Source of the DNA: Planctomycetota bacterium
Lineage (GTDB): Bacteria > Planctomycetota > B15-G4 > SIAN01
Direction: 5' to 3'
Length of the DNA: 64,000 nucleotides
NCBI GenBank assembly: GCA_028289345.1
Contig: JANQQL010000005.1
Location: 291,012-355,011 of the forward strand
Positions 27,891-37,900 of the stretch are shown here, in pieces. The first letter of the stretch is position 1. Each line of letters starts with the position of its first letter. The notes under the pieces are model-generated. The model was not told where the DNA came from and did no database searches. It saw nothing but the letters and a program-made list of their open reading frames with translations. Made by a program: the position numbers and the translations under genes.

Positions 27891-30494
27891 ATGCGATCGA
27901 TTCGCACACTCCCTAGGGCGAGGTCCTGGCTCGCGCGCGCTCTGATCGCGATGAGTTTGATGGGGACGCCGGTCCACGCCCAGCAAGCAGTGGTGGAAGA
28001 CACCGATCGCCGGCTGCAACAAATCGAGCAGCCAAGCGTCGAACAGCTGGACCTGCTCCTCGACAAGTGCTGGGCGCTACTTTCGGTCAACGTTCCCGAC
28101 GCGATTGAGCTCTCCCGTCACACCGCCCAGCTGGCCGCCAGCATGGATCACCCGGATCGCCAGGCGATCGCCGTGGCCTGCGAAGCTCGAGGGATCGTCA
28201 AGCGGTCGGGTCGGGAGGCAGCCGACATTTTGATGCGCCAAGCCGACCAGCTCATGCCAACCGACGCTTCGGCGGCGGCTCGCTGTCGGCTTTCCCTTCT
28301 CAAAGTCGGACTGCTTCACATCAACAGCGAGTACGGAGAGTCGGCCGCAGAGTTGGCCGCCGCCCGCTCCCTCGCGGAAGAGTCTGGAGATTCCACTCTG
28401 CGAGCGCGGTCCCTCATCGAGCTGGCAGAACTCATCCATGCTTCCGATCTGAGCATTCCTCCCGAGGAATCCCTGGACCTGATCGAGGGCCTCCTGGAGG
28501 TGGCGAACTCCGCCGAGTGTCGGCTTTGGCTGCAGACCCAACGCGCCTATCAACTCGATGTGGGAGGTCACGAAGCCAAGGCCCTCGATCTTCAGCACCA
28601 GTCACTCACCGAGGCCCAACGAATCGGCGATCGAATCGCGACCCTCAGCATCTTGCACTGGTTCCTCGGACGCAGCTGGCACTACTCCGATTACGAGGAA
28701 GCCCTGCGCTACGCCAACGATTACCTCGCGTGCGCGCAGCGGCTCGAAGACCGCGAGTTCATCGCCGTCGGCTACGACTCCGTCGCTTGGACCTACCTCA
28801 TGGCCGGCGAGCATGAGAAGGCGGAGACCTACGTCAACCTCGCCCTGGAGACGGCCACGAAGCTCGGGCTCATCGAGTTGGAACTCACGATTCGCGAGTC
28901 GGCGCTGGAACTCGCCACCGCTCGCGGCAACGAATCAGACCTCTTGCACCATTCCCAGCGATACTCAGAGCTCCGCTCCCACTTCACCACGGGAGTTGGG
29001 TCCCACGAAAACGAGCGCGCCCGCGCATTGTTGACGGATCTCCGATCGCAGATCCGGAACCGACTTGACCAATCTCTCGCCCGCGAAGAGGCTCTCCGCA
29101 AAGACAAGGAGTCCAGTGAGAAGCGCGCGCGGCTCTTTGCTCGCATCGCGGCGATCGCCGCGTTCTTCACGATTTCGGGGATCTCCCTGCTGCTCTACCT
29201 CGGCAAGCGACGCGCGGAACGCATGCACCAGCGGCTCCAGGAGGAAATCCTCAAGAACCAGCAGCACGAAGATGCTCGACGGTCCCTGGAACAGCGCATG
29301 GGACAGTTGGAACGCCTCGAGAGCGTCGGCCTGTTGGCAGCCGGGATCGCCCACGACTTCAACAACATTCTCTCGGCGATCGGGGGAAACGCGGAACTCC
29401 TGCGCGAGGTGGTCGCCCCGGGGACGACCGAGCGAGAGGCGCTGGACTGCATCACTGCGTCGTCCCAACGCGCGGCGGCACTCTGCAGCAAGATGCTGGA
29501 CTACTCCGCCAAGGCTCCGCTCGACAAAGCCCCCTGCGAGCTGAACAGTCTGGTCGCGGACGCCTTCGTTCTGATGAAAGCAGGAGTCAGTGACTCCGTC
29601 CACTTGGAGTTCGTGCCGTCCCCAGCCCCCGTGATGGTGGAAGTGGATCGGGCGACGATCGAACAAGTCCTCGTCAATCTGGTCACCAATGCTCGCGACA
29701 CCGGGGAGGCTTCGAACATCAGCGTTCGCGTTGGTCGACAAACGGTGACGGCGCGATCCATGGCTGACGGGTTTTGGTCCGGTTCCTTGCGTCATCCCGG
29801 CAGTCACGCCTTTCTCGAAGTCACCGACAATGGACCGGGCATCTCCGAAGAGCAGCTCTCAAGGATCTTCGACCCGTTCTTCACCACCAAGTTTGCCGGT
29901 CGTGGCCTGGGGCTCTCTGCGGCGTACGGCATTGTCACCGGACACCAAGGCGTCATTCAGGTCGAGAGCCAGTCGGGTCAAGGGTCGACCTTTCGAGTTT
30001 TCTTGCCGGAGAACTCCCGAGAGGAACGCCGATCTTCCGAGGAGCAGGCCCCGCTTCCTTCGGCTCCTCCCCCCGAAATGCGACCGGGAACGGCATTGAT
30101 CGTGGACGATGAAGAAAGCGTCTTGCGTTTCCTGACCCTCGCTTTGAAGCGGCGGCACTGGGAAGTCGCCAGCGCACGCTCTGCCGCAGAAGCAATGCAG
30201 ACCCTGTCCGAGTCGAGCCAGCCCATCGACCTGCTACTGCTTGACTTGAGCATGCCTGAGCACGACGGACTGGAAGTCCTCCAGCACTTGCACCAACAGA
30301 CCGAGAGGCCACACGTGGTCTTGATGAGCGGTCACGGAGATCGCGTGATTCGCGAGCGACTGAACGGCGAACCGGTCGACGGAATTCTCCGCAAGCCATT
30401 CACCCTAGAGCACCTGGACCGAGCCATCGCCTCGGCCCGGGCCCCTCGACACGACACCGAAGAGTCGCTTCCGGTCGCTCCTTCCCATTCGTAG
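27891..30494 (+). CDS. hybrid sensor histidine kinase / response regulator with large extracytoplasmic helical (TPR-like) sensor
   Basis: Signal peptide, about 400-aa helical region, TM (LFARIAAIAAFFTISGISLLLYLG), HisKA (GIAHDFNNILSAIGG), HATPase (DNGPGISEEQLSRIFDPFFTTK; GRGLGLSAAYGIVTGHQG), C-terminal REC (ALIVDDEESVLRFL...DLLLLDLSMPEHDG). Confidence 0.9.
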   Translation: MRSIRTLPRARSWLARALIAMSLMGTPVHAQQAVVEDTDRRLQQIEQPSVEQLDLLLDKCWALLSVNVPDAIELSRHTAQLAASMDHPDRQAIAVACEARGIVKRSGREAADILMRQADQLMPTDASAAARCRLSLLKVGLLHINSEYGESAAELAAARSLAEESGDSTLRARSLIELAELIHASDLSIPPEESLDLIEGLLEVANSAECRLWLQTQRAYQLDVGGHEAKALDLQHQSLTEAQRIGDRIATLSILHWFLGRSWHYSDYEEALRYANDYLACAQRLEDREFIAVGYDSVAWTYLMAGEHEKAETYVNLALETATKLGLIELELTIRESALELATARGNESDLLHHSQRYSELRSHFTTGVGSHENERARALLTDLRSQIRNRLDQSLAREEALRKDKESSEKRARLFARIAAIAAFFTISGISLLLYLGKRRAERMHQRLQEEILKNQQHEDARRSLEQRMGQLERLESVGLLAAGIAHDFNNILSAIGGNAELLREVVAPGTTEREALDCITASSQRAAALCSKMLDYSAKAPLDKAPCELNSLVADAFVLMKAGVSDSVHLEFVPSPAPVMVEVDRATIEQVLVNLVTNARDTGEASNISVRVGRQTVTARSMADGFWSGSLRHPGSHAFLEVTDNGPGISEEQLSRIFDPFFTTKFAGRGLGLSAAYGIVTGHQGVIQVESQSGQGSTFRVFLPENSREERRSSEEQAPLPSAPPPEMRPGTALIVDDEESVLRFLTLALKRRHWEVASARSAAEAMQTLSESSQPIDLLLLDLSMPEHDGLEVLQHLHQQTERPHVVLMSGHGDRVIRERLNGEPVDGILRKPFTLEHLDRAIASARAPRHDTEESLPVAPSHS

Positions 30495-30524
30495 CAGCTC
30501 CACCGCGCTCCGAGAACCTGTTCC

Positions 30525-32531
30525 ATGAAAGACGTCTTCGCGCGATTTGCCACCGCGGTCACCGCCGCAGGACTTCAACTCGGAATCGGACTTCTCCTCC
30601 TCTTCCCGATCCTGCATGAGTCAGCCACGACGAGCTTTGACGTGCTCCTCACCGGAGCCGCTCTCCTGGTCACTGGGATTGGCTCACGCTGGAATCCGAG
30701 CCGTCGAACCGCCATTCGTGTTTTGGCGGGAACCCTGCTTGCCTTCGTGTCGGTCCAGCTCTTGGTGGTGACCAACCACACCTGCGAAATGGCCAACGAC
30801 TTCAGCATCCAGTGGCGGACGGCGGTGACCTTCGCCACCAAGGGGGCGAGTCTTCCCAACCTTCTCCAGGAACAACGCGCCCTGCCCTTCTACTACCCCC
30901 TCGCTTCCATTTTCGGAGGCAGCGACGCGGTCTTCCAGACAGCCAACGTCGTCATGACCACTCTGACCTGGCTGATGACCGTCTGGATTGCCCGGCGCCT
31001 GTTTGGTTGGAGCGGCGCGGCAAAGACGGGGATCCTTCTGACTTTCGCTTTCGAGCCCTACGTGGCCAACAACATTGCCACTCACGATCTTCTGGGCGCT
31101 TGGGGAATCCTCCTGTTCCTTCTCCTACTCACTGAGTTCGATCATGCGAAGAGCAAAGGAACAATCTCTCTTGCGAAGACCCTCGTTCTGGCCATCTCCG
31201 CCGCGCTTGTGGTGTCTTGGACCCATTGGCAACGAGGAACAGGCCTCTACGGAATCGGTATCTTGGCCCTGTACGGCCTCGGGGGAGTCATTCCCGTCTC
31301 GCCCCACCGCCGCTCGCGAATCGTGTTCGCCAGCCTTTCACTCTTTTTCGTTTTCGTCACTCTGGGAGCCATCGATCGGGCCGGATGGAACGCACCCAGA
31401 ACCAACACGAAGACTCTGTTGTCGTTCAGCGGCTACGACGGAGGAGGACGCTTCCGCGACAAGATCCTCGCGTCGCGGGCGATCAACGCGCTGAGACCAG
31501 AGGATGCCGAACGGCTCAGCAAGGTCCTTTTTCTCGAGACGCTCCGCACGGGACCGGTCGACAAGTACGAGAACTACCTGGGCGCCGCCACCCATTTGCT
31601 TCGTTTCGGCAAAGAAAGCAACTGGTACCTGACCACCGAGGACTCAGGGCGACACCTTTCGGTCCGTTCGCTTCGTACTGTTTATGACGGTGTCCGATCG
31701 GTGATGACACCGACTCTTTGGGCACTGCTGATCCTTGCCTCTGTCCTCGTGCTGAAGAATCCGAGGAATGCTCTCGAGGGTCGATGGATGCCCTACTGGG
31801 TGGTGGCACTCCACTTGTTTCTTCTGGGCGCTTTGGCAGAGAACCAACCTCGGTACTCCTACTTCGTGGTCTTCCTCGCCGCGATCTATGTTGGTTGTCC
31901 CTGGATGGCAGAACTGTTCTCGAAAAAGGCGGACATTCCGGACTCGCCACGAAGCGACCTGCGAATCGCCACGCCTCGCTGGCTCCTCGCCTCCCTCACC
32001 GTGGTCCTGCTCGTTTTCGTCGGCCATCGGACCGCGAGCGCCCTCCACGACGTGTCCCTGGTGAACTTTCACCGGCTGACCATCTCCACGGATCCTTCGA
32101 TGCCACGGGATCTGGACGCCGTCGAACGTTTCGGAGTGGTGGTTCGTCAGAACTCCTTGAGAGTTCGACACCCGTCGGACACGAGCCCAGAGCAGCCCCT
32201 CGTCTTCTCCGGAGAGGTGCTCGCGAAATCGGACCACCACTCCCAACTGCGATTCCTTGTCGAAACCGGGCCGAGACGAAATCGTTTTGGCAAGCGGATG
32301 GATTTGAAGGGAGAACCGTTTCAGAACTCACCCGGCCGATCGATGCAGCTAGTTCTCGATGGTCAGGTGCGCAAGACCATCGATCTCTCCGGCGAGTTTT
32401 CCAACGACCGGATCGTCGTGAACGACGTCACCCCCGGCAGCCACGAGTTCGAACTCCGTTTCCAGTTTGGAACGATGACCAGCGATCCGGACAGCGTGGA
32501 AACCGTGATTTCCTTCCTGGGGATCTACTGA
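30525..32531 (+). CDS. large polytopic membrane protein (at least 10 predicted TM helices) with C-terminal soluble domain; possible GT-C-type glycosyltransferase
   Basis: Successive hydrophobic segments across the first about 450 aa; no confident family call. Confidence 0.55.
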   Translation: MKDVFARFATAVTAAGLQLGIGLLLLFPILHESATTSFDVLLTGAALLVTGIGSRWNPSRRTAIRVLAGTLLAFVSVQLLVVTNHTCEMANDFSIQWRTAVTFATKGASLPNLLQEQRALPFYYPLASIFGGSDAVFQTANVVMTTLTWLMTVWIARRLFGWSGAAKTGILLTFAFEPYVANNIATHDLLGAWGILLFLLLLTEFDHAKSKGTISLAKTLVLAISAALVVSWTHWQRGTGLYGIGILALYGLGGVIPVSPHRRSRIVFASLSLFFVFVTLGAIDRAGWNAPRTNTKTLLSFSGYDGGGRFRDKILASRAINALRPEDAERLSKVLFLETLRTGPVDKYENYLGAATHLLRFGKESNWYLTTEDSGRHLSVRSLRTVYDGVRSVMTPTLWALLILASVLVLKNPRNALEGRWMPYWVVALHLFLLGALAENQPRYSYFVVFLAAIYVGCPWMAELFSKKADIPDSPRSDLRIATPRWLLASLTVVLLVFVGHRTASALHDVSLVNFHRLTISTDPSMPRDLDAVERFGVVVRQNSLRVRHPSDTSPEQPLVFSGEVLAKSDHHSQLRFLVETGPRRNRFGKRMDLKGEPFQNSPGRSMQLVLDGQVRKTIDLSGEFSNDRIVVNDVTPGSHEFELRFQFGTMTSDPDSVETVISFLGIY

Positions 32532-32570
32532 ACGATCAGGACAGTCCGAGCCCTCCCATCCACGGCTCAT

Positions 32571-34124
32571 TCAGCGCTTCCGCGGCCGAACCTCTGCCCA
32601 ATCGAGCACGCGATTCTCTTCCGCCCAGCGCTCGTAGAGCTCGACGAGCTGGGCGACTCGTTCCGGGTTCTCGGACGCAAGATCGCGACGCTCCGTGGGA
32701 TCAAGTGCCAGATCGTAGAGATGCCAGTCCTTGCGAAAGGGAGCCACCAGTTTCCACCGGCCGAATCGCACCGCACGATTCCCTTCGTGCTCCCAGAACA
32801 GCGGCTCGTTCCGCGAGAAAGACTGCCCGCCGAAGAGGGGCCTCAGGCTTTGACCCGGCTCTTCCCCGGGATCTGCCCCCGCCGCCTCGAACAATGTCGG
32901 CGCCAAATCGATGAGGTGGACCGGAGCGCGTACCAGTCGGCCCGGTTCCTGGATTCCCGCCGGCCAATGCATGATGCACGGCGTTGCAATCCCTCCCTCG
33001 AACACCTGGTGCTTGAAACCGCGAAAGGGGGTGTTGGAAACACTTGCCCACCGACCTCCGTAGCTGGCGAACAGATCGGGGGAACCCAACGCCCCCTCCC
33101 CCCGCGTGATTCCATTCGCCCCACCCTCCGCACTGGCACCGTTGTCCGAGAGAAACATGACAAGGGTGTTTTCGAGAATGCCTTGCTTCTCGAAGCTCTC
33201 GATGAGCCGGCCGATCTGTTGGTCCAGTTCGTGGACCTGGGCCGCGTAGTACGCCATGCGAAGCCCGTGGTCTTCCGAGTCTTCGGCCTCCAAATGAGAA
33301 GGCTCCAGAGGGCTCGGCTCGGTGTCCTTCGGGACCAGACCCAGCTCTTTCAACCGTTCCATTCGGGCACTCCGAACCGCAAGCCATCCCTTCTGATAGG
33401 TCGTCGAGTACAGGTCCACGTGGTCAGCTTGGGCCTGCAGAGGCCAGTGGGGAGCGGAGTAAGCCACGTACAAGAAGAATGGTCGAGCTTCCTGGACACA
33501 CTCCTCGACAAGTTCCAAGGCCACGTCTGTGAACTGCTCGGTGGCCCACCACTCTCCTTCGTGCAAGACCGGTTCGCCGTCGAACTCGAAGCCGCTGGCC
33601 GCTCGATGTCCGTGAGGGCCGGCTCGCGTCCCGAAGAAACGATCGAAACCGTGGCTGCAAGGGTCCGTGCGCAGATGCCACTTGCCCACCAACATCGTGG
33701 AGTAACCCTGGGCTCGCAGGCCCTTCGGAATCGTGGGGGTCGACTTGTTCAGACGGCCGCGATACCCCGACGGCGTGAGGCTCCGGACCGTCCAGCCCAC
33801 CCCCACTTCGTGGGGATACTGGCCAGTGATCAATGACGCGCGAGTCGGCGAACAGCGGCCACAGTTGTAGAAGTTGGTGAAACGAAGTCCCTGGCCTGCC
33901 AGGCGATCGAGATTCGGAGTCTGGATTTCTCCCCCGTAGCAACCAAGGTCCGAGTATCCGAGGTCATCCGCGAGCAACACCACGAAGTTCGGCTTTGAAG
34001 GGGAGCTGCCGTATGCCAGAGACGAACAAACCACAGAAAGAGCAAGGAGAGCCTGGACAGCTCGTGGAGCAGTCCGCGACCCTCGACGGCGGATCTCGGC
34101 TGAATCCCTCGCTGTCTCGCTCAT
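32571..34124 (-). CDS. arylsulfatase (sulfatase family, formylglycine-dependent)
   Basis: VVLLADDLGYSDLGCYGG; CSPTRASLITGQYPHEVG (C-x-P-x-R sulfatase signature); signal-like leader RTAPRAVQALLALSVVCSSLAYG. Start trimmed to MSETAR (34124). Confidence 0.85.
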   Translation of the reverse strand: MSETARDSAEIRRRGSRTAPRAVQALLALSVVCSSLAYGSSPSKPNFVVLLADDLGYSDLGCYGGEIQTPNLDRLAGQGLRFTNFYNCGRCSPTRASLITGQYPHEVGVGWTVRSLTPSGYRGRLNKSTPTIPKGLRAQGYSTMLVGKWHLRTDPCSHGFDRFFGTRAGPHGHRAASGFEFDGEPVLHEGEWWATEQFTDVALELVEECVQEARPFFLYVAYSAPHWPLQAQADHVDLYSTTYQKGWLAVRSARMERLKELGLVPKDTEPSPLEPSHLEAEDSEDHGLRMAYYAAQVHELDQQIGRLIESFEKQGILENTLVMFLSDNGASAEGGANGITRGEGALGSPDLFASYGGRWASVSNTPFRGFKHQVFEGGIATPCIMHWPAGIQEPGRLVRAPVHLIDLAPTLFEAAGADPGEEPGQSLRPLFGGQSFSRNEPLFWEHEGNRAVRFGRWKLVAPFRKDWHLYDLALDPTERRDLASENPERVAQLVELYERWAEENRVLDWAEVRPRKR

Positions 34125-34267
34125 CGATCCCTTCTCCTGATCGGGATGGCCCGCGGTTCTTGACGACTTGGCAGGAGCCAGACGGGAATTCCGAATCGCT
34201 GGCTGGCGCTGGACAGGATATCGAAGAAACTGTTCGACTCCGATCATCTGCCGACAGGAGGCCTGAG

Positions 34268-34813
34268 ATGCGGAAACGACCAATTGTGGGAGTGATGGGA
34301 TCTGGCTCTCTCAGTCACGATGCCGCTGCTTCGGAGTTGGGGAGCTTCCTGGCCACCCGCGCAGTCCACTTGCTGACGGGAGGAGGGGGTGGGGTCATGA
34401 CCAGCGTGAGCAAGGCGTTCTCCCTTTGCAAACCGCGCCTCGGCTGCGTGATCGGCGTGCTGCCATGCGCCAGTCAAGAACAACCGACCATGCCGAAACC
34501 GGGATACCCCAATGACTGGATCGAAATCCCCATCCACACCCACCTGCCTCTGAGCGGCCTTCAGGGAAGAGACTTGGCGTCTCGAAATCACATCAACGTC
34601 TTGTCCTCAGACGTCGTCATCTCGCTTCCCGGCAGTGAAGGCACGCGAAGCGAGATTGATCTTGCGTTGGACTACGGACGGCCAGTCATTGCCTATCTGC
34701 CCCACGACCTGGAGTTTCCCAAGCTTCCCTCCAAGGTGTCCGTGGCCACCGATCTCCCCTCGCTCGAGCGATTCCTCGATGAGCACTTGCCACAGCCTCA
34801 GGATGGGCAGTGA
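34268..34813 (+). CDS. SLOG/LOG-like Rossmann-fold protein (TIGR00725-type, lysine-decarboxylase-like family)
   Basis: PIVGVMGSGS...HLLTGGGGGVMTSVSKAF...ISLPGSEGTRSEIDLAL matches the GGGxGxM and PGGxGTxxE signatures of LOG/TIGR00725. ATG 34268 after aggagg; divergent from the sulfatase. Confidence 0.65.
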   Translation: MRKRPIVGVMGSGSLSHDAAASELGSFLATRAVHLLTGGGGGVMTSVSKAFSLCKPRLGCVIGVLPCASQEQPTMPKPGYPNDWIEIPIHTHLPLSGLQGRDLASRNHINVLSSDVVISLPGSEGTRSEIDLALDYGRPVIAYLPHDLEFPKLPSKVSVATDLPSLERFLDEHLPQPQDGQ

Positions 34814-34921
34814 CGCTTCCACCTTGATTGCCAAGGAGTCGCCGGACGTTGCAATTTCTCACATTGTGCGTCGCTTCATTGGTGACTACTCTCTGCCCAT
34901 GTCAGCCCAAAGGGAGATGTC

Positions 34922-37900
34922 ATGGATTGGATAGCCAAGCAGATTCAATCAGTCCGAGACGGGGCGAGTACCAGACTCGATCTATGGGACGAAGAGCTGA
35001 CAGAGCTGCCGAATGAAGTACTGTCTCTCCACAAGCTCGAATATCTCAGGGTAAGGTCGGGCAAGCTTCGCACGATTCCCTCTGAGCTAGCAAAGCTCCC
35101 CAATCTCAAGAGTGTCGACCTATTCGGCAACCCCATCGAGTCTCTGGTCGATCTCCCGGGGTTACACCTGGATGTCGAGCCCTATCTCTCCTGCGTTTCG
35201 AGCATCTCTCCAGAAAATGTGCACGGGCTGTGGCTCGGCCCGTCTCCTTTCATTAGTTACAGTCTTCTCGAGAAGCTTGCCAACCTCCGACGACTCGACC
35301 TAAGCCGGCGGGATCGGTTCGCGTACAAGACCGGCCTCAACAAACCCGGCCCTTTGCGAAAGTTGTTCGCTTGGCTGAAATCCGCGAACGAGATCCTCAG
35401 CCGCCTCGAAACTTTGGAGATCGCGTACGCGAAACTCGATCGTCTTCCCCTAGTCATCCGGCAATTAAGCCAACTAAAGAAGCTCAACTTAGACGGCAAT
35501 CCTCTTCACCGGTTTCCAAACATCTCGAGGCTTCGAGAACTGTTCGCCTTGCGTCTCTCCGACACCGGGATCAGAGAGGTGCCGGACAAGCTGTGCCGTC
35601 TCACGGAACTTCGAAATCTTGACCTCTCCTTCAACGACCTAGTCAAACTTCCAAACGACATCGGTCGGCTAACCAAACTCTCGAGTCTGGTCCTCGAATC
35701 CAACAACCTCGAGAGAATCCCCAGCTCAGTTCGGAAGCTCAAGAAACTCACATTCCTGGATCTTTCCGACAACCCACTAGCGGAATTTCCGCGGGAGATA
35801 TTTTCTCTCAGTAACCTTCGCGCCTTGAACATGACATGCGGTCTTGACGACTCGACCTGCCAACGTGGCACTTATCCCTTCGTGCGGACCCGACCGTCTC
35901 AAGCGTCGTTTCAGGAGATCCCACCCCGCATTCTCGAGCTCAAGCAACTCGAAGAGCTGCGTGTTTCCGGACAGCCGATTGAGACGCCACCCCCAGAGGT
36001 CGTCGACCGAGGCCTTGAGGCGATCAAGGACTATTGGAGGCAGCGGGGGGACTCGGGGACCGACTATCTTTGCGAGGCCAAACTGCTGGTCGTCGGCGAA
36101 GGGGGGGCTGGCAAGACCTCCCTCGCCAAGAAAGTCAAAGCTCCGGAAACCAACCTCGACGCAGAAGAGGAGTCGACGGAAGGAATTGAAGTTCTCGAGT
36201 GGACATTCCCCACGGCGCTAAGGGTCACAGAGAACGGCCAACTCAAAACCGTGGAGCGCGACTTCCGGGTCCACATCTGGGATTTCGGGGGTCAGGAGAT
36301 CTACCACGCGACCCATCAGTTTTTCCTGACCCGTCGATCTCTCTACGCCCTTGTCGCCGACAACCGCAAGGAAGACACCGACTTCAACTACTGGCTCAAC
36401 ATTGTCGAGCTATTGAGTGACGGAAGCCCGTTGGTCATCGTCAAGAACGAACGCCAAGACCGACAAAGAGACATTGATGAGGGATCTCTTCATGGCCGGT
36501 TCCGCAATCTCACCCAAGTCGTGGCGACGAACCTGAAAACCAACCGGGGGCTCGACGGCGTCCTCCAACGGTTCCGCGAAGAACTCGAGAAGCTGTCCCA
36601 CGTCGGCACTCCCCTTCCGGCAACGTGGAAGCGGGTGCGAGACGCTCTCGAGAAAGACCCCCGCAACTACATCGAACTCGACGAGTATCTCAGGATCTGC
36701 GAGGTTCATGGGTTCACCCGTCTGGACGACAAGCTTCAGTTGAGTGGATACCTCCACGACCTAGGCATCTTCCTCCACTTCCAAGACGATCCCCTGCTGA
36801 AACGAATCGTCATTCTTCAGCCAAAATGGGGAACGGATGCCGTCTATCGCGTCCTTGACAACGACACGGTCCTTCGAAGACACGGCAGGGTGAGCCGCAA
36901 CGACCTAGAGAACATCTGGGACGAAGAAGCTTACGCATCCATGCGCGACGAGCTGCTGCAACTCATGATGCGATTTCAGCTCCTTTACCCACTTCCCTCG
37001 AAGAACGAGTTCATCGCCCCTCAACTGTTAGGATCCGCACAGCCTGAGTACCCATGGCCGGGGACGGGCAACCTCGTCATTCGCTACCGCTACGAGTTCA
37101 TGCCGAAAGGACTCCTGACGCGGCTCATCGTGGCCGTCCACGACATGATTCAAAGCGAAGGTTTCGTCTGGAAGACGGGAGTCCTCGTCGAGCGAGATGG
37201 GACACGCGCGGAGATCGTCGAGCACTACTCCCAGCGATGCATCGTGGTTCGAATTCACGGGGCTTTTCAACAAGAGCTCGCTGCGGTGATTGACCGAGAG
37301 CTCGAACAGATCCACCGTTCCTTTCCTCCACTCAAGTACGACACTCTCGTCCCCTGCGGATGCACCTTGTGCTCTTCGAGCCCAGACCCCCACCCACACT
37401 CCTACAAGACGCTACGAAAGTTTGCTTGGGATGGACAACCGATCCAGTGCCCCATTAGCTACGAGATGATTGAACCGCGGTCGATCCTCGACCACAAATT
37501 CGTGCGCAACCGCAAGCTGGACATAATCCTCGACACGATCGAAGGCACACTCCGACCGCAACAAGCAGAGCCGGCCGCGGCTGAGTCCCGCGAGGTGCTC
37601 CTGTCCTATGCCTGGAACGGAGGATGTGACACCTTGATCGAAAAACTCGAAAAGTCGTTCCGAGAGCGCGGAATCGAGCTGATCCGCGACCGAAGCGAGA
37701 TGACCTACAAGGACTCGATCCGAGGTTTCATGAAGCGCATCGGCACAGGAAAATGTGTTGTCATCGTCATCAGCAAAGAGTACCTGGAGTCCCCCAACTG
37801 CATGTTCGAACTTACCGAGATCGCCAAACACGGCGAGTTTCGTGATCGAGTGTTTCCCATCGTCCTCTCGGACGCGAAGCTGTTCCATCCGGTCAGTCGG

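Noticed and set aside
34124-34268. short inverted or palindromic bits (ATCCC...GGGAT, GGAATTCC) in the sulfatase/SLOG divergent region
   Set aside because: They are imperfect or trivially short, and not distinguishable from chance.
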